DNA from: Cenococcum geophilum
Lineage: Eukaryota
Assembly (NCBI GenBank): GCA_050273025.1
Contig: CP158635.1
Coordinates: 16,244,001-16,308,000 of the forward strand
Length of the DNA: 64,000 bases
Direction: 5' to 3'
Of this stretch, positions 1 to 10,751 are shown piece after piece. The notes under the pieces are model-generated. The model did not search any database and was not told the DNA's origin. It saw only the letters and a list, made by a program, of their open reading frames with translations. How positions within the stretch are numbered: position 1 is the stretch's first letter; each line of letters begins with the position of its first letter. The position numbers and the translations under genes are program-made.

Positions 1-34
1 AGTTTAAAAATAGGAGTGTTTTCCATACAATCTA

Positions 35-727
35 GGAAGCCCGCCCACCTTACTTTCCTTTCCGTATCCTTCCTCCATAACACAATCGCGCTATAGCTCT
101 ACACCACCCTGGCGCATCCGGTTGAAAGCGCGTGTTGATCACGCTAATCAAAATGCGTAAATTTATACCTAAACAAAGGTAAAAACATGTTGAAGGCCGT
201 GCGTATTACTTCCGACCGGAGATGACCCATGACTGTAGCTAGGGTGCCTATAGCATGCTAGCCCAGGCGGGAGCGCCCAAAGCGCCCAATACGTAAAGCC
301 CGTTCTGCCACACAAAGGGATAGGGAAAATTATAAAAAGTGTTGCATTTCTTAATAAATGTTGGAAAACTGCCTCAGACGTGGTTAGCTTGCTGATCGAA
401 AATCCGCTCACGGAATCACGTCTGAGATTGCTTGAGGTAACGTTGTAGGAGTTAATCGCTACTCGTGTTAGTGTGCAATTCGTCGTGGTATCTTTGCCAT
501 TTAATCGATCGTTAAAAGTTAACGGAGGGACACCGTACGTGCGCGCAGCTTTACTGCCGAATTCGAATTTGCCAGCTCTGAAATCGGCGATAACTAGTTG
601 CAAGTTCTGCTCCTTTTAGTTATGTAAAAAATGGGGGGGACAAATCGGCGGTTTTATTTTGATTTGGTAGCGGGTTCAGTGGGTAGCCAGGTTCTAGGGG
701 TCCGAGCTTAAGGGATGAGCCGCCGCC
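35..727 (-). mobile_element. Degenerate pogo/Fot1-like (Tc1/mariner superfamily) transposon remnant
   Basis: ORF 169..603(-) begins with an HTH_psq-like segment (KAARTYGVPPLTFNDRLNG) typical of Fot1/pogo transposase N-termini, then loses frame. Weak imperfect terminal inverted repeats (ggaagcccgcccacctt / aagggatgagccgccgcc) are each flanked by TA. Confidence 0.5.
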
Positions 728-1192
728 TAAGAGAGAAGACCTACAAATAGACAAATCCTGTGTACTAGGTTAATAATTGATAAAACTGCTGATTAAATAT
801 GTTCTTTTAAGCAGATGGTCAGAGATTATGCAATCCCTCGCGTACTGTCGTGGCAGAATATAAGAGGCACTTATCTTATGACATGCCGGGTGCGTGCCAG
901 CGAGCAGCGCCAAAAAAAAGGCGGGGTAACGTCCGCGCAGCTTCTATAAACATGATTGGCTCCAGCTAGCGGTGCGAGTGCACATGCCTCGCCCCAGCGA
1001 TTGCGACCGTTAGCTATTTATGACGCTAAAGTGAAAGACGTGCAGCTATTACTCATGCCTGCGAACGTCTCTGAAATCTCCACATATCCACTACTCAAGC
1101 TTTTCTTCGCTCTTTGATACTAGCGGTAGATACCCTCAATCCATTAGGCGACCTGAGTGCTACCTGTTCTGTTATGTTAATGTCGTATTGCA

Positions 1193-4100
1193 ATGCCGGG
1201 TAAAAAAACCGCTGGTCGAAGCAGTAAGCTCCGGACTTTGTTTAGCAAAGTGCTGACTGGGAAAGAAAACATCACATCAAGTAATTCGAAGCAGTTCCTT
1301 GAGGCAATATGTGACCAGCCAGAGCCCGCTATATGTATCCAGCGGCTTGTCGGAAGCTGCCACGGCTGCCCCGCTCTGCAATCTTCATTGAGTTCTAATA
1401 CGCTACCAGCCTTTTTGAACGGTCCCACATCTGCTTTCATTAACTACCTCCAGGCCCATGAACTGAAGACGATCTGTGGCGGTGAAGTCCTGCGTCAGAT
1501 AATATTAAAAGTTGTTGATACACCACTTACATGGGACGCTTTTCTCGAAGCCGCGAGGTCTCAGAAGCTCACAGAGCATGGAGCCGAAGCCTTTTCGTGG
1601 CTTTTACTAGAGTTGCTCTCTTTACCAATGGAAAAAGCAATCACCTATGCTGCCGTCGCGCAGGATCCAAGCATACATAAACAGCTTTTACAGGGCCCCT
1701 CAGTTGAAGTCCGGCTGCGAGCACAACGAATCGTACATATAACTAGCAACCTCACAGCTAAGCACAAAAATGATGCCGGCGGTCCCGGTGGACGGCATGA
1801 TAACGACTTTGCCGACATACGACAGATATCTATTCTTCCAACTCCGGACGAACTCGCATCGAAGGACCCATATCTGCCTCGAGCTAATGAGATGGATAAT
1901 TCTCATAACAGCCGTGAAGGCCTTGCATTCCACATCGATGCTCAATTCAGATTGTTACGCGAGGACATGCTGCGTGATCTACGCGAAGAAATACAGATCG
2001 CCCTCATGGTGAAGAAGGGACGCCGTAAGGGGATGTGCATCGAAAATTTAAGTATGACGGGAGTTAGGTGTGACGAGCGGCAGCCGTGGTCGTTACAATT
2101 GCAATGCGTGGAGGATCTCCCCCAATTGCAGGCCAAGACAGGAGCTGCCCGAAGAAAGTTTCTACAAGAGAATACAAAGTTTCTGAAGAATGACTCTGTT
2201 GCCTGCTTAGTGGTGGATGACGAAGTTATTACTTTGGGTACCTTGATTAGGGATGACAACCTCCTGGAGCGAAACCCCCCAGTGTTATGCTTTCAGATTC
2301 CAAAACCGGTGATAGAAAAAGCCTTGCTACGGATTAAGACCGCGAATAACGTCAAACTGGTCCAGCTAAGCACCGCTTTATTTGCCTATGAATCCGTTTT
2401 AAAGCAGCTGAAAGAAATCAAGGAGCTGTCGATGGAGGAAGAAATACTTCGTTGGGAGCAAGGCAAATGCCTGCCTCTTCCTAACTATCACCCGAGTACT
2501 GATATGGTCAAACTCATGGAAGACCTCGAAACAGATCATGCATTTGATTTGAAAGATGCATTGAAGCTACCTTCTCAAACGAAACTTGATGGATCTCAAA
2601 CAAAATGCTTTTTGGCAGGGCTTCGACAACGGATAAGCTTAATCCAAGGTCCTCCAGGAACCGGGAAATCGTTTATCGGATCTCTTATCGCCAAAGCTAT
2701 CAATGACTATTCCAAGGAAAAGATTCTTGTGGTATGCTACACTCATCATGCCCTCGATCAGTTCCTTAAAGATCTATTAAATTTGGGTATATTAGAATCA
2801 GACATTGTCCGGCTTGGATCGATCAAAAAGGCAACGGCAAGGTCTCAGGCCATTTCACTTACCCAAATGCGATCCAGCGTGAGGCTGACTCGTGAACAAC
2901 GTGAGATGTTGAATTTGATGAAACTAAAAGTCTCGGAGGCTAGCCATACGTTGCACGAGGCTTTCGCGGGCTTTCAGCAGGCAGAATTTTCAAAATCTGA
3001 TATTTTGGAGCATCTAGAGTTCCGGTCCGAGGGTCCACCGTTTTTCGGTGCTTTCGAAATACCTGGAGATCGTGATGATATGATGCGAGTCGGTAGAAAA
3101 GGGAAGGTGGCTAATCGCTTCTACTTGCTTGACAGATGGTGCCGTGGAAAAGACGCAGGAGTATTCCAGAGGGAGCATGGAAAGGAGTTTCAGATTGTCT
3201 GGAGGATGCCAGCCAAGAGTCGTATAGAAGCTCTGAAGGAATGGAAGGAAGAAATGTTGAAAGAGCGCTTGGACAGCATTCACGATGCGGGAATTGCCTA
3301 CGATGCATCGCTTGAGAAAATTAATGCGATACACATGGAGAAAGATCTTAGAGTTATCCGTCAAAAGCGCATCATCGGATGTACTACTACGGCGGCAGCT
3401 AAATATGTGCAGGCTATACAATCGATTGCTCCAGGCATCCTACTTGTTGAGGAGGCAGGAGAAATCCTCGAGAGCCATATACTTACTGCACTTAGTCCAG
3501 ACACGAAGCAGCTAATCTTGATTGGCGACCACAAACAGCTTCGCCCTAGAGTGCACTACGACCTTAGCGTTGAGAAAGGTTGCGGCTACGACCTGAATCG
3601 ATCCCTATTCGAAAGGCTCATCCTTCGGAACTATCCTCATCAAGTATTATCTCAGCAACATCGAATGCGCCCGGAGCTGTCGGCGCTGGTGAGGCAGTTG
3701 ACGTATCCAGATCTAATCGATGACCCAAGGACGCAAAGAAGACCTGATCTGCGCGGCTTCAGGGACAATCTGATATTTGTCAACCACAAGGAAAACGAAA
3801 TAGAGATGGAAGACGTGCCTGATTGGAAGGATACGACTTCACCTTCATCGAAGAAGAATTTATTCGAAGCAAAGATGGCTCTAAAGTGTGTGCGTTATCT
3901 TGGCCAGCAGGGCTACAGGACTGATAACATTACCGTGTTGACGCCGTACCTCGGTCAACTACGTCTCTTACTAGATGAGCTGGGGAAAGACAATGATCCT
4001 GTGCTGAATGATTTGGATTCCCACGATTTAGTCCGTGCTGGATTGATGCCTGCGGCGTCTGCTGACTTGGGAAAGCCCCGTATCAAGATTTCTACAATTG

Positions 4101-7100
4101 GTAGGTTTTGCCGCCTTTTTTACTGTAAAACTGGAACTATTCGCTGTGCTTCGCAATTTTTTCACGGTCCGAATGAAGGCTGAACTAGCACAGATAATTT
4201 TCAGGGTGACGAGAGCGATATTATCGTTATTTCTTTAACGCGGAGTAACCTTCATAGAGACATTGGTTTCATGACTTCTCATGAGCGTCTGAACGTTCTA
4301 CTTTCGCGGGCTCGGGATGCGCTTATCCTTATTGGTGATGCGGAGACATTCATAGGTTCTCGGAAAGGTGGAGGGTTGTGGCAACGCTTCATGGGGATGC
4401 TTAAGGATGGAAACCATATATACGATGGCTTTCCCGTAAAGTGTGAGCGCCACACGGACCGCATCGCCCTTTTGCGAAGCCCGGAAGAATTCGATAAAGT
4501 TTGCCCAGACGGAGGATGCACAGAACCATGGTTAGTATTAGCTCCTATTATCAAGCATATGCTAATGAAGAGTATACAGTGGCGCGATGCTAAGTTGTGG
4601 CCTACACCCGTGTCCCCAGCATTGCCACCAGCTGTTCGACCACTCAAAAATGGCCTGTGAAAGAGTGGTAGAGTTTAAGTGCTCTAAGAACCATATGGAA
4701 CGGCGTAAATGCCACCACTCTCAGTTATCGACCTGCCGCGAATGCAACCTTGATGACGAGCGCAAACAAAAGCAGCTAGAACTGGACCTTGAATTACAAA
4801 ATAAGCGCGACCAAGCCCAAACATCACATGCAGTTGAGATGGCAGCGCTCGATCGTCAAATACAGAAGGTTAGGGAAGAGGCAGCCGAGAAAAGAACAGC
4901 CATTGAACGAACGCAAGCGCTAGAGCAGAAGAGACGAGATTTAAAGGTGGCCCAGCTGCGTGTCGAAACACCTCGGCCGAGAGATACAGCAGACGTTACC
5001 CTTTGTGCTTTAGACAATGAAGCTTCACCTGCTTCAACGGCGACAAAGAAGGCTGAGGTGCTCAAGCCCAATCGAACTGATGATAGAGAATCAATTGACT
5101 GCAAGATAATTACGGATGCATATAGTAAATCCGAAGCGGAGTGGGAACGACAGAAACGAGTTGATGGCGCGTCAAATGAAGCCATAGATAGTCTAATGGG
5201 ACTTACTGGCCTGGAGGACGTCAAGTCCAAGATCCTGAGCATCAAGGCTAAAATAGAGACCGCTGGAAGACAAGGAAGCGATATGAAAAAAGAGAGGCTC
5301 GGGATGTTGATGCTCGGGAATCCTGGAACTGGTGAGGGCAGCCCACCAAGAGTTTTCATGTCAAATTTAACAACCATTTAGGCAAGACAACTGTTGCTCG
5401 CCTTTATGCCAAATTTCTTGCTTCTGTTGGTGCGGTACCGGGGACAGAATTCGTAGAGGTAACTGGATCCACCCTTGCGCATGAAGGAGTCACAGGAGTA
5501 AAGAATAAAATTGAAACGATTATCAATGCCGGAGGAGGTACATTCTTCTTGGATGAAGCTTATCAACTTGCCTCAGGTAACAGTTATGGAGGGAAAGCAG
5601 TCTTGGATTTCCTGCTTGCAGAGATCGAAGAAAGGGTGGGAAAAGTTGTCTTCATATTGGCCGGTTATAGAAAAGAGATGGAGAAGTTTTTCGAACATAA
5701 CCCAGGCTTCGACAGCCGCATGCCTTTTCGACTTACTTTTGCTGATTATACGGACAAAGAACTTACGGCAATGCTTAGTCGTCTCGTAGAAAAGAAGTAC
5801 GGTGGGCGTGCTAAAATTGAAGACGGTTTGAATGGTCTTTTCATTCGAATACTTGTTCGACGACTGGGTAGGGGTCGAGGTATTGAAGGATATGGCAATG
5901 CACGTGCCTTGGAGAACGCCTGGGCTAAAGTTACCGAGCGACAAGCTAGTCGTCTACACCACGAGCGTATTACTGGTGGCACCCCTGACGATTTTGGCTT
6001 TATGAAGGAAGATTTAATAGGGCCTGAGCCCTTAGGTGCAATCCAGCACAGCAAGGCTTGGAAAGAACTTCAAACTTTGATCGGCTTAAATGTTGTCAAG
6101 CAATCCGTCAAAGCGCTTGTTGATCGTATCCAGCTGAATTACCGTCGAGAGCTCTGTGAGAAACCTCCGATTGAGGTAAGCCTCAATCGAGTCTTTCTTG
6201 GATCACCTGGCACAGGCAAGACGACAGTTGGAGAGCTCTATGCGTCGATTTTGGCTGATCTAGGACTGCTTTCAAAGGGAGAAGGTTAGACCCACACCTC
6301 TATCTAAGTTAACCTCCAGAAATTGCAGCCCATGGTGCTGTGTGAAAAATTACTTGCTTTTGAGGAATTTAAGATTTCCTCTAACCCAATGCTAACGAAG
6401 CATATAATAGTTGTAACCAAAGTTCCGGCAGATTTTGTCGGCAGTGCCCTCGGAGAGTCTGAGAGAAATACGAAAGCAATTTTAACAGCAACCGAAGGTA
6501 AAGCCCTCCTTATAGATGAAGCGTACGGACTCTATCCCGGCGGTAAAACAGTTGGAAATACCGTAGATCCGTATAAAACCGCCGTAATCGACACACTCGT
6601 GGCCGAAGTCCAAAGCAAGCCAGGTGAAGATAGATGCGTACTACTCTTAGGGTACAAGGAACAAGTGACGGAGATGTTAGAGAATTCGAATCCAGGTCTT
6701 GCAAGACGTTTCCCTATTAATGAGGCATTTTATTTTGAGGATTTCAACGATAGGGAACTTAAAGAGATTCTCGACTTAAGGCTCCAGAAGCAAGGCCTGG
6801 AGGCGACGGAAGAGGCGAAGAACGTTGCCCTTGAACTTCTTCGCAGAGCCCGGGATCTACCAAATTTCGGAAACGCAGGAGATATTGAGAACCTGATCTC
6901 CCATGCGAAGGAAAGCGAGCAAACGCGTTGTTCATTCGTGGATCCAGAGACGCGCGGATCGGACATCTTGTTCCTGCCTCAGGACTTTGATGAGAATTTT
7001 AATCGGGCTACAAAATCCGCTGACAGCTGTCGAAAGCTCTTTGCGGATATTGTGGGTTGTGAGGAGCTTATAGGACAACTAGAAAAATATCAGCGAATCG

Positions 7101-8558
7101 TTGCCAACACAAGAGCTCGGAAGAGGGATCCACGAGAACATATTCCTTTCAACTTTATTTTCAAGGGCCCGCCAGGTAGGTTGCCATGGCTAACTATCCG
7201 ACTTGACCACATCTAATATTGTGTCAGGCACCGGAAAGACTACAGTTGCCCGAAAAATGGCAGAATTTTTTTATGAAATGGGCATATTATCGACTAAAGA
7301 CTACTTAGAATGTTCTGCATCCGATCTTATAGCCCAATTTGTCGGCCAAAGCGCACCAAGAACTAGAGATACCTTAAGAAAAGGACTGGGCAAAGTACTC
7401 TTTATAGATGAAGCCTATCGCTTGTGCGACGGAGAGTTCGGACGGGAAGCAGTTAACGAATTGGTTGATTGTTTAACGAAACCACTTTTTGTGGGCAAGA
7501 TCGTCATTATACTCGCTGGTTATACCGAAGATATAAACCGCCTTCTCAAGGTAAATCCTGGGCTGTGTAGTCGGTTTCCAGAGGAAGTCGTCTTCGGGAA
7601 CATGCAACCAGAAGAGTGTCTGACGCTTTTACATCGGCAACTGCAGCAGAATGGGATAGACATTGGATCGGAGTTCCAGGAGACCAGATCCGAAAGCTAT
7701 CTTGAGCTGATTGCTATTCTAAAAGAGCTCTCCAGCCTTTCATCCTGGGGTAACGGTCGTGATATCAAGACAATCTCCAAATCACTCACGGCTGCGGCTT
7801 ATGAAGGTGCTGGCCAGAGCTCTCCCTCTCTCACCGTGACGATGGTAGACATTTTTCAAGCTCTAAAATCAATGTTGAAGAGTCAGAGGGCAAGGTGCAC
7901 AGACGAAACACAATTGGGTGATTCGTCTGGTGGTGTCGCGAGCAAATCTCTCAACCAACGCCCTGAAGCAAGCCCGCCAATGCCGTTTAATATTGCTACT
8001 TCGATAAGTTGTGCTACAGGCTCGACTGACCCAAACCCAGTTATGGAGAAAGAGAAGGTAGGGGACGGTTCACAGCTAATTAATTCGTCGCCACGAGACT
8101 TAGGTGTCTCTGATGAAATCTGGCAACAGCTTCAGGCCAATATTGCAGCTAATGAAGCTTCGGCCAAATCCCTACAGGAATCCATTGCTGTTCAAGAGCG
8201 AAACATTGAAAACTTCAAGGAAAAGGAAATTAGAGGCGAGCACACTCTAGGCAAGTTGCAGGAGATTATAATGGAAACGAGCCATGCGTCAAAAGATGAG
8301 ATCAATGATCTCAAACACAAGCATGAGGAAGAAAGGCTTCATAATCTAACTGTGAAGCGTGCTAAAGAAGCAGCAGAAGAAAGTTTGAAAAAGGTTCGAG
8401 AAGAAGAGGCGAGGAGACGGCAGGGGGAAGCCAGGGTACAGGAAAAACTGAGGGAAATGGGCGTATGTCCGGCGGGTTTTCGTTGGGTAAAAGAGCGATC
8501 CGGATATAGGTGTGCAGGAGGGGCACATTTCGTTCCCAATGACCAGCTAGGTCTGTAG
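1193..8558 (+). CDS. ZNFX1/SAD-3/Hrr1-like SF1 RNA helicase fused to a Cys/His finger, a coiled coil and three CbbX/SpoVK-type AAA+ ATPase domains (~2331 aa, 6 exons)
   Basis: Exons 1193-4100, 4194-4530, 4580-5331, 5382-6284, 6411-7175 and 7228-8558 total 6996 nt in one frame. All introns are GT-AG, and splicing restores motifs across the junctions (STI|DNFQG, GNPGT|GKT, GPP|GTGKT). Helicase motifs: RHDND..I.ILPT, QFRLLRED, QGPPGTGKS, VEEAGE, LIGDHKQL, QHRM, DNFQGDE, LNVLLSRA. AAA Walker A/B pairs: GNPGTGKT/FFLDEAY, GSPGTGKT/LLIDEAY, GPPGTGKT/LFIDEAY, each followed by NPG..(S/R)R. Confidence 0.93.
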
Positions 8559-8729
8559 TGGCACTGTATATCGCGTGTGATGATGTTAGGATTCTTTCAT
8601 AATGACTTAGAATGATTGTAGCTGTTAATGGACTTCTTCATGTTATTGCTGGGTGCTTATTTGATACGTGGCCATTGCTAAGAGATTCAAGCCCTGTTCC
8701 TTGACGGATCTATGGGTATCTACGCCCAT

Positions 8730-10337
8730 CAGGGTTGCAAATCAATCAACTCAACTCAACTGAGGCCTTGAATTGGTTGAATTGATTGACTCAATATTGA
8801 GATCTTGGCAACTATTTCAACCGAATTCAACTGGTGTAGGTGTCAGCAACTATCGCGAGTCTTGGCATGATGTTGATGTAGGAGGACCTACTTGGCGACG
8901 CTCCCATCGTTTCCTATCGTCCTTTCTGTCGCCCAGCTTTCAATATAAGCCTACTGCGAGTCTTGGCATGGTATTAACTTACCATCCTGCCGTATCTATA
9001 CCTTTCCTTCCTTCTGCGGCTGCTTCAGCTGCCAACTACCATATTGATTATGCCTTCCTTATCCCATGATCCTACCACCATTAAAGCTCCAATTATATCA
9101 GATTATAGTCGTGCGCAATTGGCAGTAAGGAGTAAGCCCGTAAGGCTGAATATGCGTTTGGGGTCTAACGATATTGGTTAGAATTTGCTAGTAGATGCGT
9201 CGGCATTACTGTTTAAGCTGTGATCTAAGGCGCGCTAGAGGTCGGTAGGTATAGTAGGATTAGAGCGAGCTGTAGAAAGGCTTAAGGTAGTCGTTTGGCC
9301 ATTCTCTAATGCGTTAGAAGCCATAGTAGTAAAGCTCTTCTTACCTACTAATGCTGGGGTAAACCTTTTTTGTAAGGGAGACTAAGGGTATGTTCGGTTG
9401 CAACTCCAGAATCAATCTGGAGGCTCCAGAATCAAACTGATCTGGAGGTCAAATCTGAATCTGACGCGATCGTTCGGTGATTCTGACGACTTTTCAATCT
9501 GGAGCTCCTCCAGATCGGCAGTCGCGTTAAATTTGCACGCTTTACCGTATAAGGTAGTTGTTCTGGAGCTCTTGGCACCAGAATATTCTGGAGGCGTTAA
9601 CCTCTATCTCCAGATTCAGAATCAATCTGGAGCTCTACGCGACGACGACTTTGTCAAATATGGCGACTCCACCTGCATACACGATCCTCACATAGCACCT
9701 GTACGTTATATATGATGTCCTTCTTACTCTCGTAATTAGAGTCTTCCTGCGCATGCGCGGCGAGCCGGGCGTGATACGGGTGACGGGGTAGAGGGCCTCA
9801 ATCGACTTGATTGACGATTGGCACGAGTGGGAGACTCCATTGTATTACGACACTAAGGGAGGAAGCCGCGATAGAGGCCTGAGGGCAGAGGTGAGCGCAA
9901 AGGTGGGCGCAAAGGTGGGCTCAAAGGCGGGTTTAAAAATTGATTAATGATTTGGAGCCTCTTCTGGAGCCCCCTCTGGAGCCTTACCGAACAATTGACT
10001 CAATTACAGATCAAACGAAGCCATCAAATTAGACGCCACTAGTACCTTACTAATTGACGCCGGAGGATGCACGGATCAAGACAATTCTGATCTGGAGGCA
10101 ATTTGCAACCGAACATACCCTAAGAAAAATAAGGTTTAGGGCATGACGACTTGTTAACTCTAGTAATATATCTATATAGTATCAAAAGTTTTAATATTAT
10201 TAACCAATTCAATTCAATCAGGGCCTTTAGATTGATTGAGTTGCTAAGCTAGCGAACTCTCAGTTGGTTGAATTGATTGAGTCTTGGCAATCAATTTAAT
10301 TCAATATTGAAACCTCGTTGATTGATTTGCAACCCTG
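8730..10337. mobile_element. Non-autonomous hAT-type DNA transposon
   Basis: 21-bp TIR cagggttgcaaatcaatcaac / gttgattgatttgcaaccctg. 8-bp TSD acgcccat (8722-8729) / acgcccac (10338-10345). Subterminal tcaa/ttga-rich repeats at both ends. Confidence 0.88.
9386..10120. mobile_element. PIF/Harbinger (Tourist-like) MITE nested in the hAT element
   Basis: Perfect 18-bp TIR gggtatgttcggttgcaa / ttgcaaccgaacataccc. TAA TSD at 9383-9385 and 10121-10123. Many internal ctccaga/tctggag motifs. Confidence 0.88.
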
Positions 10338-10751
10338 ACGCCCACGGTAGTCTATACATTAAGGCCCCAGTTTTTTAAACTTCTGTGGGTTATTCTAAGC
10401 CCCCACACAGATCTTACCATACTAAAGTAAGTCGAACGTACAAGCCGGAAATAAGTGATCTATGACGATTATGGCCGTCTATGTGAGCCTATGAGGCCTA
10501 TACGGCTACGTATGCGCTTCAGGGAACAGGGGCTCAAATAGCCTAACAGAACACACTTAGGGTCGACTAATAATCCTCTTTAATTGTATCACTTTTCCTT
10601 GAAAATACAAGCTAATGAGAATTCAGGAAATCTAAGAGCGATTACGGACTTTTCTGATCACCAGTTGTAGAAAGACTAAGACACTTAATGTATATTTGAA
10701 TACTTTTCTTCTTCTTATACCATGCGCTTATTGGGTTTCAAATTGGTCCAT

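Larger units (their letters stand above)
8690..10533. mobile_element. Old PIF/Harbinger(Tourist)-like MITE (~230 bp) interrupted by a hAT element
   Basis: Imperfect TIRs agccctgttccttga (8690) and tcagggaacaggggc (ends 10533), both flanked by TCA. The same terminus recurs at ~14756-14769 (tagggaacagggcc|tta). Confidence 0.5.

Noticed and set aside
1177..8539. Numerous short antisense or alternative-frame ORFs over the helicase-AAA gene (and likewise over Argonaute and MFS)
   Set aside because: These are shadow ORFs of real exons with no recognisable motifs.
4271..8558. ORFs 4271, 4587, 5549, 6323 and 7203 as separate AAA genes in an operon
   Set aside because: Canonical introns join them in frame and restore split Walker A motifs, so they are exons of one gene.
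8773..9715. ORFs 8773..9069 and 9398..9715 as small genes between the helicase and Argonaute
   Set aside because: Both lie inside TIR-bounded non-autonomous elements, start at non-ATG codons and are built from subterminal repeats.
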